In this document: positions 37,379 through 48,480 of the stretch, piece by piece | Layout: each line of letters starts with the position of its first letter | How positions within the stretch are numbered: the stretch's first letter is position 1 | Source: Chiloscyllium plagiosum | Taxonomy: Eukaryota | Direction: 5' to 3' | DNA length: 64,000 bases | Assembly: GCF_004010195.1 (NCBI RefSeq) | Contig: NC_057718.1 | Coordinates: forward strand, 24,862,008-24,926,007 | Notes under the pieces: generated by a model | Told to the model about the DNA's origin: nothing | Databases searched by the model: none | Seen by the model: the letters and a program-made list of their open reading frames with translations, nothing else | Program-made: the position numbers and the translations under genes

Positions 37379-37528
37379 ACCAGCAGCTGTATTCCATCCG
37401 AAGATCCTGGGCAAGAATACCACCAAGTCGCACACCTCTGCGTCTTCTCTTACTGGATCATATAGTCCTGTGTCACAGATTCCACAGTTGTCCCCTTTGC
37501 TAACCACTTTCAAAATGGTGGGGGGATG
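37379..37528 (-). CDS. Candidate internal coding exon (150 nt, phase 0-0) of an unidentified gene
   Basis: cttttgctgccag| ... |gtacgt. A single open frame HPPTILKVVSKGDNCGICDTGLYDPVREDAEVCDLVVFLPRIFGWNTAAG forms a GC-richer island in very AT-rich unique DNA. Confidence 0.5.
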
Positions 37529-38529
37529 CTGGCAGCAAAAGTCTTTTCACATAAAGAAAATATGCTTTTCCAAACACATGGCTTATCACATTCAACTGAA
37601 TGTGATGCTCTGTTGAATTGCAACTGGCAAAGATATAACATTCTGCCTTTTTTTTAGTAGCACAGCATGTACTTTTGGATATTTCAGCAAATAATTCAAT
37701 AGGTTAATTTAAATCTTCACGTATTAATTATCTGTGCACTTTCAGGTGGGATTAATGGATCTACTCAGATAGAACTAAAATTGCCATTGAAATCTCATTT
37801 CCTTTTCATGCAATATACATCAGCACTATGTCAAGCTTTCTCCCACATACATTCTTTATTGCTCAAGATCAGTACTGCGATATGGCTAGTCAGCTATCAG
37901 CTGCCTTTATAAGACTATCTCGAGCAGGCAAAGAATAATCAGACTTTGAATTTGCTATTTTCTTTCTTTTCAGACAGTTTCCTGATTTTTTTTTCATTTG
38001 TTTAGAAAACCTTCCAAACTGCTTTTACAATATGCTCTTAAAGACATAAAAAAAACTCCCTGCATTTATACAGTACTTTCCATGTTTTCAGTAGTCTCGA
38101 ATATTTTGTCAGGGCTCTCAAAACAAAGACATTCTGACTGAGAATTGGATGTGCCAGCAATGAGCGGAGATTAGGATCTCTGATACCTTCTTGCTTCTCC
38201 ATACTTTCAGATGACAAAAATAGGTATAAAGACAAAATTGGTGTGTACAAGTAACACCAACATTTTGAACAAAATTATCTGATTAAGTTTAAGCCACACA
38301 ACATAAAACATTTCAAGAGGAAGCAAAGCTTTAATCTTAATAGAAGCTGTAGGTAATAATTTATGTTACTATTTAACACAAGCAAAAGATTAATTAATAA
38401 CCAAGCCTCAACAAGTATATTTGGTTAATTTTCCATGTACCTTCTCAAATCATCAATCTTGAGTTCACAGTATTTAATGTATGCAGTATGGTCTTGCTCA
38501 ATAGCTGAAGAGTCAACAAAAGCTCCGTG

Positions 38530-38775
38530 TCAAATCAAAAATGGAAATTGCTGGAGAAACTCAGCAGGTCTGCCAGCATCTGTGGAGAGAAATCAGAGTT
38601 AATGTTTCGAGTCCAGTGATACTTCTTCAGAAGAAAGGTCACTGAAGAAGGGTCACTGAATTTTAAACGCGAACTCTGCTTTCTCTGCACAGATGCTGCC
38701 ACACCTGCTGAGTTTCATTGGCAATTTCTATTTTTATTTCAGATTTCCAGGATCTGCAGTTCTTTGTTATATTTA
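38530..38775. mobile_element. Penelope-like inverted-repeat insertion
   Basis: Inverted arms around 38630; minus-strand CTGAAGAAGTATCACTGGACTCGAAACATTA. Confidence 0.8.
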
Positions 38776-39519
38776 AAGAGTCTCCTCTAACTGGGAAAGC
38801 CTGCAGCCTTAATACCAATCAGACTCTTAATTGGGAACATCCTTCCTGTGTTTACCCTCTCTGGTTCCATTAGAATTTCATTGGGCTCTGGGCTCCATAG
38901 ATTCTACATCCTTCCCCGCCCCCCCCCCAACCCCCTCCCGCTGCAAATCATCAAAACTCAGTGAATGTAGTCCTAACCAATCCAGGACCAAGGTTTGCAG
39001 GAAGTGCTGTCAGCCAGACAGAGGGCAGGAGTTCTTCATTGCTCAACAGCTCCATAGGCAAAGTGGCCGCTGCTGTCAGTAATGCAACCCCTACCCCCAC
39101 CGACACCAGCCATGAACCCCTGTAACTCAGAATCACCGAGGAACTCAGATCACAGCTGGGACATGGCAGAAGGTGATGGCCTAACAGAAAGGTTCTTAGC
39201 AGCAATGGCAAAGGGTTGCCCTCTGCAGACACGTGCTGCTTTCCAAAACTGGTTCCCTGATTAGACAAGTACCAAATAACTTGGAACAAGGGATCTCTCC
39301 CAGAAGTCAGCAAAACAACTCCAACAGGATTTTGTTTTTCAAGTCTCCTACATGGTGAGTTCCAACCCTGTTGATGTGTGACCACCAGCAGTGGTGGGAT
39401 GGAGCCTTCCGTGATTGTAAATTGCCATTTAAGGGTCTCAATGGCATGAGGCAAAAAAGGCCATCTACACGGGAGATGCAACAAAGCCAGTTAATATACC
39501 AGTTGCTGAGAGTAAACAT

Positions 39520-40170
39520 GCACATGCAGAAGGCAAATGGAATACTGGCCTTCATAGTGAGAAAATTCAATCACAGGAGCAGGGATGTCTTCCTGCAATT
39601 GTACAGGGCCCTAATGAAACCACACCTTGAGTATTGTGAAAAGTTTCAGCCTCCTTATCTGATGAACAATGCTCTATCTCAGGAGGGAATGCAATAAATG
39701 TTTACCAAACTGATTCCTGGGATGGCAGGACTGAGGCATGAAGAGAAATTGGATTGGTTAGGATGACATTCACTGGCGTTTAAAAGAATGAGGGAGGATC
39801 TCATAGAAACCAATAAAATTCTGACAGGGTGGGTAAACACAGGGTGTTCCTGATGGCCCAGGGGTCCAGAATCAGCAATCGCAGTCTAAGTATACAGCGT
39901 AGGCCATTTAGAAATGATAAAGGAAGAAATTTCTATACTCAAGGAGTGATGAACCTGCTGAATTCACTGCCACAGAAAGTGGTTGAGGTCAAGATAGTGA
40001 ATATTTTCAAGAAAGAGTTCGATACAGTTCTTAAAGCTAAGGGGTTCAAAAGGTATAGAAGAAGAGTAGGAACAGGATACTGAATAAGAAGTTCAGTCAT
40101 CATCATATTGAATGGCAGAGCAAGTTTAAGGGGCCAACTAGCCTACTCCTGTTCCTATTTTCAATACTTC
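39520..40170 (+). mobile_element. CR1 LINE 3' fragment
   Basis: KANGILAFI..LQLYRALMKPHLEYC and NFYTQGVMNLLNSLP. Confidence 0.9.
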
Positions 40171-40872
40171 AATGGGCCTTCCTTCCATCCACTTCATTAG
40201 GGTTGAGAGAGAATAACAGTGGAGTCCCTCCACCCACTAAACTCATCATAAGGGAAGACATTAAATTATGTTTTATGATTTAACTCCTTTTTGAGAGCAC
40301 AATTATCTGAATTATTTGAAAAATATGGTGCCATAAAAATGGTAGACAGTGGACCAGAAGACTGATGTTGAGGGGGTCAAGATTGTACATGGTCCAGCAA
40401 TGCTGGATATTTAGATACAGGATTGACAACAAATTAACAAGTATTTCCATCACAGAACAACACAGTACATTAAGCAGAGAACACTGATGAAGCGCATGAC
40501 TGCTGATAACCCTCCTACAAACAAAGAATGACATTATTCAGTCACATCACCTGGTATTATAAATTTACATGACCACTTGAAGTTATTTTCACCCTCTCAC
40601 TGTAGTTAATGTTCACTGGGGAACTACTTGTCACACCTCCATGCTTTCACTGAAGCCAAACAATCACACTCATTGTCGAAACAGATTAGAATTACGACAC
40701 GCATAGCTCCAGTCTAACTCAAACAGATGAGATCAAGAAATAATACAAAGGATAGCATTGCTTTCTGATATGATATTGCTGCTTATTCAACTTACAACTC
40801 ACAAACAGAACTTACTCACTATCAGCTCAAAGCATTCTCCAGTCAAATGTCAGAAAATGAACGAACATTTAG

Positions 40873-41212
40873 ATGGCATGATGGCTTACTGGTTAGCACT
40901 CTGCCTCACAGCACCAAGGATCCAGGTTTATTTCCACCTTTGGGTGAATATCTGTAAGGAGTTTACACATTCCCCCCATGTTTACGTGAATTTCCTCCAG
41001 GTGCTCCGATTTCCTCCCACAATCCAAAGACTGTGGATTGGCCATGCTAAATTGCCTCTTGTGTCCAGGGCTGTGCAGGCTAGGTGGATTAGCCATGGGA
41101 AATGGAATAGGTGGGGTGGATTTGGGTGGGATGCGATTTGAGCCTCAGTGTGGACTTGACAGGCTGAATGCTCCAATTCCACATTTTAGAGATTTGATGA
41201 TTTCTATGATAA
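40873..41212 (+). mobile_element. HE1-type SINE, older copy
   Basis: Degenerate tRNA head, V-domain, ggccatgctaaattgcc and tail. Confidence 0.85.
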
Positions 41213-42593
41213 CTCTGTAAATAAGCTAATGAAAAAATAATTTTGTTTGCACATTTAAATTACCAATGAAGAAAGCAAAATAAATCTTTTGGTAGGATTG
41301 TCATTGCTGAGAGCAATTTGTTCCCTAGAGACAGAAAGGGAGTGAGCAAAGGGAAGAGAAATTGGTCATAATTGAGTGACTCACGTCACTTTTGTTTATG
41401 GTAGCCATGGAGACCACCTTAAAGTAGGTCACCTTCCTTCCAGAGGTGATGAGCAGTGAAGGATGATTCAGGAATGAATATAAGAGAAAAATACCTTATT
41501 TTATAGATTTAAGTTTTCAGATCTCTTCCCCTACTTTGAGGTTGCTTATTGCCTGAGATGAGAGATTTGCTACCAGAATTCCAGGGCTTTCGAGCAATTT
41601 TAGGAAGGGACAGAAAAGCAGTGCAGATATATCTTTTTTGTGTTCCATGGCTTCTCTAAGGGAAGTACCTGTGAGGAGTAGCTAGGCTCCATTGTGATAT
41701 ATTCGGCCTGAGGCATAATCGTATATAACTGTGGCGGCACTGGGGACTAATAGCTGGGCCAGCACTAGTAAGATGGACAAGCTATATATGATTTCTCAGA
41801 GGATAACAATGACACCAAGTTGGGTCCTGTCCAATGACAGAATATTTTTCTAACTGCCAACTTCATCTTCAGGAGATGCAATGAAGTAGGAACCAACTCG
41901 AGGTCATAAAATTGGGCCTTAGAGTCAAATTGCTGCCATAATGAGACACGTTTTACTTAACATCTAGGCTATCATAATGCTGCAGAGTTGGTCACTTTAA
42001 CAGGATTACTAAGTAGATATGACACGAGGTTTAAATCTAGTATTACATAGCACACACTTGTACATCATTAGTGCCAATTACAGCACCATTTACTGGTGTT
42101 CCAAACATTGCAGGTAAATATTTAAAGATTTACAATCCATTCATATGCTGACCAATGTCTAATGTTGGACCTTGTGGTCTGTTTCAGTTGGAAACCTTGC
42201 AACACAGAGTACCTTAATATAGGTATGATAACTGGCAGAAATTTTAACTTTATAATTAGACAGAAGACATCAAGAATGAGACAATTATTAGATAAAGTAT
42301 CTTGGGACACTTCATTGAGCTGGAAAGGTGAAAGTTAGCAAATTTAAAATTGTTGTAACTTTACCCAAATTTCATCAAATAATAAAAAGGAATGATATAT
42401 CTTAAACATATTGCTAATTGTTTTAATCATCAACCTCAGGACTGCACCATCTATAAATCAGATATAACTCTGTCCACTGAAAGAAGACATGAAACACGAA
42501 ACTGCAGCTGTACTATAAATGGACAGTTTTCCAGTTTGAAGACTAGGTTTGGAAATTTGATCTTGGCTGAATTACAGTACAATCTTAGTAAGC

Positions 42594-42791
42594 TAAAAAT
42601 CACACAACACCAGGTTATAGTCCAACAGGTTTAATTGGAAGCACACTAGCTTTCGGAGCGACGCTCCTTCATCAGGTGGTAAAGGAGTGGCACTCCGAAA
42701 GCTAGTGCTTCCAATTAAACCTGTTGAACTATGACCTGGTGTTGTGATTTTTGACTTTGTACACCCCAGTCCAACACCGGCATCTCCAAAT
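42594..42791. mobile_element. Penelope-like inverted-repeat mini-insertion
   Basis: Perfect 14-bp TSD caatcttagtaagc at 42580-42593 and 42792-42805; inverted arms plus a one-sided tail of ~40 nt. Confidence 0.88.
42644..42680 (-). ncRNA. Minimal type I hammerhead ribozyme motif (PLE-associated)
   Basis: Minus strand: ACCAC-CUGAUGA-A-GGAGC(GUC)GCUCC-GAA-AGCU-A|GUG. The core is intact, with a 5-bp stem II, palindromic AGCU helix III and CAC/GUG stem I. Activity is untested. Confidence 0.7.
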
Positions 42792-42879
42792 CAATCTTAG
42801 TAAGCATTCACCTGGTGGTAGAACCAGGGAGTTTTAGTCTCCCTGCCCAACTATGACAGAGAGCCCTGGATCTGATTCT

Positions 42880-43305
42880 TGAATAGGCTGGGTCTGTTTT
42901 CCCTGGAATATCAGAGGCTGAGGGGTGACCTTATAGAGGTTTATAAAATCATGAGGGGCACAGATAGGATGAGCAGTCAAAGTTTTTCCCCAAGGAAGGA
43001 GAGTCAAAAACTCAAGGTCATAGGTTTAACGTGAAAGTGGAAAGATTTAAAACAGTCTCAAGGGGCAACTTAATCATGCAGAAGGTGGAGCGTGTATGGA
43101 ATCAGCTGCCAGAGGAAGTGGTGGATGCTGGTACAACTACAACAGTTAAAAGGCATCTGGATTGGTATATGAAGAGAGGAATTGGGTTTAGAGGAATATG
43201 GGCCAAATGCTAGCAAATGGGACTAGATAATTTAGGGTATCTGGTCGGCATGGACGAGTTGGATCGAAGGGTCTGTTTCCATGCTGTATACCTCTATAAC
43301 TGTAT
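42880..43305 (+). mobile_element. CR1 LINE 3' fragment
   Basis: RLGLFSLEYQRLRGDLIEVYKIMRG...VWNQLPEEVV followed by the 3' UTR. Confidence 0.9.
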
Positions 43306-43307
43306 GG

Positions 43308-43610
43308 CTAGTAATCCAAAGGAGGCGAGATTACATCTGAGAATGTATTCATATCCAACTGTTATGGCTGGTGGAATTTAACTTCAATGAACACATCTGG
43401 AATTGAAAATCCGTCCCTTTACTGACTGTGAAGCTGTTACTGATTGTCGTAAAAACCTATCAGGTTGACAAATGCCCTTTAGGGTAATAAATCTGCCATC
43501 CTTACCTGGTCTGATAATTCCAAACCTTTAGCAATGTGGATGATTCTTAACTGCTCTCTGAAATGATCAAGTAAGCTACTCAGTTCAAGGACAATTAGGG
43601 ATGGGCAACA
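43308..43610 (+). mobile_element. Bipartite SINE-like element (LINE head plus LINE tail)
   Basis: tagtaatcca..ggtggaatttaacttcaat..aaatctgccatccttacctggtctg..ctcagtt|caaggacaattagggatgggcaac. Confidence 0.75.
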
Positions 43611-44145
43611 TTCCATCGCTTCCCATAAAGAAAGTAATAATTCACCTTTTATATTCTGCATTGCAAAACAAGACGCCCTCAGCTAGATTTGTGCCACATG
43701 GAGATTTCACATGATGATCATGCAGGAATATAAATCCTACTCTTTCCCACTAAGATAGAAGAGTTTGAAAAATTACCAAATCCTCATGCTTAAAATGTTT
43801 TAATTTGCTTTGGTAGCTGTTCAGTCTTTGCAATTTCAGGCTAAAAACTCCCTTAAGCATTGCACTGTGAACTATTATTTATGTAAAATATTAACACAGC
43901 GAAAGCCTCTTAACAAAAACAGCCTACGGGGAGAGAAAATGCTCCTACTCACCACTTGTTTCTGCTAAATAAACAGCATGAACTGAATTGGCAGTATTCA
44001 CAAGCATTATTAGTGTATGAAATTGGAGAAACTTGCCACACATTCATAGGTAATTCTGCTCTGATCTCATTTCCTCATGCATCAATTTGTGGTCTGCCCA
44101 TCAGGCAAAAGTCCTGAATAGGGCCATGAGCATAAGGCTAAAAGT

Positions 44146-44320
44146 CCATAAGATATAGGAGCAAAAAGTAGGTTATTTAACCAATCGAGCTTGCTGAGTC
44201 ATTCAATTAGATCATGGCTGAACTCGTAATCCTGCCTTTTCCCTATAACCTTTGATTCCCTGAAAATCTGTCCATTTCAGCCTTGATAGACTTGATGACC
44301 AGCTTCAGTAGCCCTCCACC
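44146..44320 (-). mobile_element. CR1 3' end
   Basis: cataagatataggagc..cattcaattagatcatggctga, a reverse CR1 3' UTR. Confidence 0.75.
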
Positions 44321-46044
44321 TGATGGGGAAGCATAAAATCCAGCACAATGTACCCATGTACTAAGCTGCAAGTACCTTATAATGAAAGTCTAGTTTCATA
44401 ACTGGTTACTTGGTGAAGCTATGTTCTACTCAGGTCGTAATTTAAGATACACCAAGCAAGGAGAAGGCAACTGAAGGCTCAATCACCTCCACATAGAGAG
44501 AAAGAAAATAAAAAATAACAGTTACACAAAGGGATTCTCTGGTGACCAATTATAAGAGAACTGGAGGCTGTTGAGGAGAAGGTGAGATACCTCAACTCTT
44601 GGAATCAAAGGGTTACTTAAATGGACAATAGGCTCATGAAGTGTGAGTATTGAGCCCATTGTGGTCGAGCTCTACCTTCAATTCATTTTTCCAAACAATC
44701 TCTATGTTTGGGGTAGTAAATGTAGCCTCAAGCAATGATGAATACATTAAACATAAAATATAGAAATGATGGAAGGCATGTTCTTAACAGACACAAAACC
44801 TGCACGTGTAAACGCTGTTTACAAATAGGGAACAGAATGAAGAAGAAAGGATGATTCTATCAATAAACACACTAAAAGTTAGCAAAGCTGAGCAAACAAG
44901 TAAATTTTACAGATTGCTATGTTGTTTTTCTGTCCTGTGTTTTCACTCAGATGAGAATGTACTCTCATTTTTCTAGTCTCTTTGTTGTATCTCCATGATA
45001 TAAAATACCTTCTGGCTGTACAAACACAGTGTACTTCAGATTATAAATGCATCTATTACATTTCCACAGCACAGTCCACTCTGAGTAAGTACTTATTCAT
45101 TAAAAAGGGGATAACTAAATATTCTGCATGAACGCACATAGCTTTCAAAACAAAACAGATGAATTAATGGTACAAACAGAAATTAATATGTACAATCTGA
45201 CAGCAATTACAGAGACATGGCTGCAGAAAGACATTGTTTGGGACCTGAGTTTAGAAAGGTACTTTGGGAAGGATAGCAAGCTAGGAAGTGGTGCAGGGTG
45301 GCTTTGTTAATTAATGATGGCATTTGCATTTGACATCCTACTTGGTAAAGTACATTGGTTTTTGATCTGCACTACACCCAGGGTGACTACAGAAGTGAGA
45401 GAAATGAAAACATTTAAAAAAAGACTAAAAATTAAAAAGGAGGGAAAAGTGAATAATTAGAGTGGGAGTGTAAGCTATATTTTTAAGAATTATATAAGTA
45501 TATATATTTAAAATAAGAACAGCATTCACAAAGCGATCTTGGTCCTACAACAGTGAGCCTGGGGAATTGATAATTGAAAATAGGGGCATTGAAAATGTAC
45601 GGAATACATACTGTGCACTGGATTTCACGAAAGTACATGCACGTCGCATCCCAGGAGTTAGCTGTAAATCAAGAAATGGAAAATAGGGAGGAACTTCAGA
45701 AAATCAAATCACTAAGGGAGTGATATTGAACAAATATCAGGAGTTCCAAACTCACATGACTCTAGTCTTGTTAAATTTTATCCAAGGTTCTTAAAAGAAT
45801 TAAAAGAGTAAGACAGTTTACATTTATGCTTTAGTTTTCCTAATTTCAGGCAAGATTCCAATAGAATGGGAAATAATTAATATAACTCTTTCCTTCAAAA
45901 AGGTACACAGAGAGAGAAGTAAGGAAACCACAGGCCAGTTAGCTTAATATATAGCATAGGGAAGATATTAGCTGCTATTATTAAAGGTATTAGAGCAAGG
46001 CACTTCAAAAACTTCAAAGTAATCGGGCATCAATATGCTTTTTT

Positions 46045-46400
46045 AAAATTAATTTACAGAATGTGAGGGTTACTGGATAGGTCAGCATTTATTGCTATCC
46101 CTAGTTGCACAGCAGGCTGTTAAGAGCTGACCACATTGCCATGGGTCTGAAGTCACATGTAGGCCATTCAGGTAAGGATGGCAGTTTCCTTCCCTAAAGG
46201 TATTAGTGAGCCAGATGGGTTTTTTTCCCTGATAATCATTTCATGGTCACCATTAGACCCTTAGTTCCAGATATCTTGTTTAGATTGAATTCAAATTCCA
46301 CATTCTGCCATGTCAGGATTTAAACTCAGATCCTCAGAACATTACCTGTGTCTCTGGATTAATAGTCTAGTGATAAGACAACTTGTATTATCGCCTCCCT
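46045..46400 (-). mobile_element. Bipartite SINE-like element, full length
   Basis: Reverse complement of the 43308 family, with B-box remnant gagtttaaatcc and an A-rich tail. Confidence 0.8.
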
Positions 46401-47231
46401 TGAGACAGGTAGATCACATTTAACCGATATACTGGAATTCCTTGGGGAATTAATATTTGCTGTGGTTAAAGGGAATTGGTGGATGCGCTGTGTTTGGATT
46501 TCCAGAAGGCATTTGCTGAGGTGCCACATAAAGAGTTATTGTAGAAAATAAAAGCTCTGTGTCAGGGTAATATATTGGCATGGATAGAGATTGGCTGGTT
46601 AACAGTGAGTTAACATAAGTAGGTCATAAGTAGATTGTCAAGATGAGATAAGTGGTGTATCACAAGGGTCACTGCTGAAGCTTCACCTTTTATAGTTTAA
46701 TTTATGTAAATAACGTGGATGAAAGGATCATAGGTACAGTTGCAATATTTGCTTTCACAACAAAGATAAGTAGTAAAGTAAATTGTCTGTAGAGCATATG
46801 GAAACTTGAAAAACTATCGCTAGGTGAAGTAAGTGGGCAAATATCTGACAAATGAAGAATAATATGGAAAGATATATAATGCAGTACATCTGTGCAGGAA
46901 GAATTTTTTTTTAAAAAAGAACATTGGTAAGAGATTGCAGAGCTGAGATGCAGTTATTTGGATGACCTTGTGCATGAAATACAAAAGGTTAGCTTGTAAG
47001 CGAACCAGGTAATCAGGGAAGTTAATAGTACTGCGTTGAGGGCTCTTGTGGTGCAGTGGTAGTGTCTTTACCTCTGAGCCAGGTTCAGGTCCCACCTTTT
47101 CCAGAGGTATGTAATAACATCACTGAACAGGTTGATTAGCGAAAATACCAATAGAATGTTATTATTTTTTGTGATGTGAATTGCATGAAAAAGAAAGGAC
47201 ATATGGTTCAGTTAATGAGATTGATGAGAAC

Positions 47232-47970
47232 AGCACAGTGGCTCAGTGGTTAGCAGTGCTGCCTCATAGCGTCAGGGACCCAGGTTTGATTCCTGCCTTG
47301 GCTGACTGTCTGTGTGGCGTTTGCACATTCTCCCCATATCTGCGTGGGTTTCCTCTGGTTTCCTCCTACAGCCCAAAGATGTGCAGGTTAGGTGAATTGT
47401 CCGTACTAAATGAAGAGAGGTTGAGTAGGTTAGGTTTATTTTCATTAGAAAAAAGAAAATTGAGGAGGGACCTGATTGAGGTTTACAAAATCATGAAGGG
47501 TATAGACAGGGTGGATAGAGACAAACTTTTTCCCAGGGTGAAGGATTCAATAACGAGAAGCCACGCTTTCATTGTGAGAGGTGGAAAGTTTAAGGGGGAT
47601 ATACGCAGCAAGTACTTCACACAGAGGGTGATGGGCGTTTGGAACGTGTTACCAGCAGAGGTGATAGAGGCAGGCACAGTAGATTCATTTAAGATGCATC
47701 TGAACAGATGCATGAGTAGGTGGGGAGCAGAGGGATACAAATGTTTAGGAATTGAGCGACAGGTTTAGACAGTAGATTTGGATCGGCTCAGGCTTGGAGG
47801 ACCAAAGGGCCTGTTCCTGGGCTGTAAATTTTCTTTGTTCTTTGTTCTAAATGGCCCATAGGTGCAATATGCAGGGTAAATGTAGGGTAGGGAAATGGTT
47901 TGGATGGGTTGCTCTTTGGATGGACTTGTTGGGCCAAATGGCCTGTTTCCATACTGTAGGGAATCTAATC
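47232..47970 (+). mobile_element. HE1 SINE split by a young CR1 3' fragment (47413-47846)
   Basis: The SINE head runs to 47412, then CR1 EERLSRLGLFSLEKRKLRRDLIEVYK with a (TTCTTTG)n tail, then the SINE resumes. TSD ctaaatg at 47406-47412 and 47847-47853. Confidence 0.9.
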
Positions 47971-48174
47971 TTTAAAAAAAACACACCTGAAGTGCTATGC
48001 ACAATATTGGTCTCCTTATTTAAGGTACAATATAATTGCATTAGAAGCAGTTCAGCGAAGGTTTTCTTGACTAATACCTTGTAGTCCACACTTTGGATAC
48101 TTCAACCAGTTTATGTATTAAAAACACTTTATTCGAGAGGTCTTGTCAGTTGGGCAGACAAAGGGACACAGAAT

Positions 48175-48480
48175 TAGAATATAAGAAATAGGGTCAGGAG
48201 TAGGCCACCTGGCCCTTTCAAACCTGCTCTGCCATTCAATATGATCATGTTTGATCTTTTTGTGGACTCAGCTCCACTTACCTGCCCACTTACCATAATC
48301 CTTCATTCCTTTACCATTTAAAAATCTATCTGCCTTAAAAAACATTCAACAAGGTAGTCTCCACTGCTTCATTGGGCAGGAAATTCCACAGAGGCACAAT
48401 CCTTTAGGTGAACAAGTTCCTCCTCAACTCAGTCCTAAATATGCTCCCCTTCATTTTGAGGCTGTTCCCCCTAGTTCTAG
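48175..48480 (-). mobile_element. CR1 3' fragment (subfamily of 588 and 8575)
   Basis: caggagtaggccacctggccctttcaaacctgctctgccattcaat..aagttcctcctcaactcagtcctaaat. Confidence 0.85.

Noticed and set aside
37379..37450. Resemblance of DLVVFL and WNTAAG to OAS or inositol-monophosphatase motifs
   Set aside because: The matches are only 5-6 residues and lack the surrounding catalytic motifs, which is not enough to name a gene.
38038..38250. Protein-like minus ORF next to the 37379 exon
   Set aside because: Weak splice signals (gtactg donor) and no homology that I can recognise.
38951..39484. 177-aa minus ORF in a GC-rich block (similar blocks at ~35050-35500 and ~49650-50200)
   Set aside because: No domain signature; probably decayed transposon sequence that I cannot classify.
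47181..47768. 195-aa ORF
   Set aside because: A chimera of an HE1 SINE head and a CR1 3' insertion bounded by a TSD.
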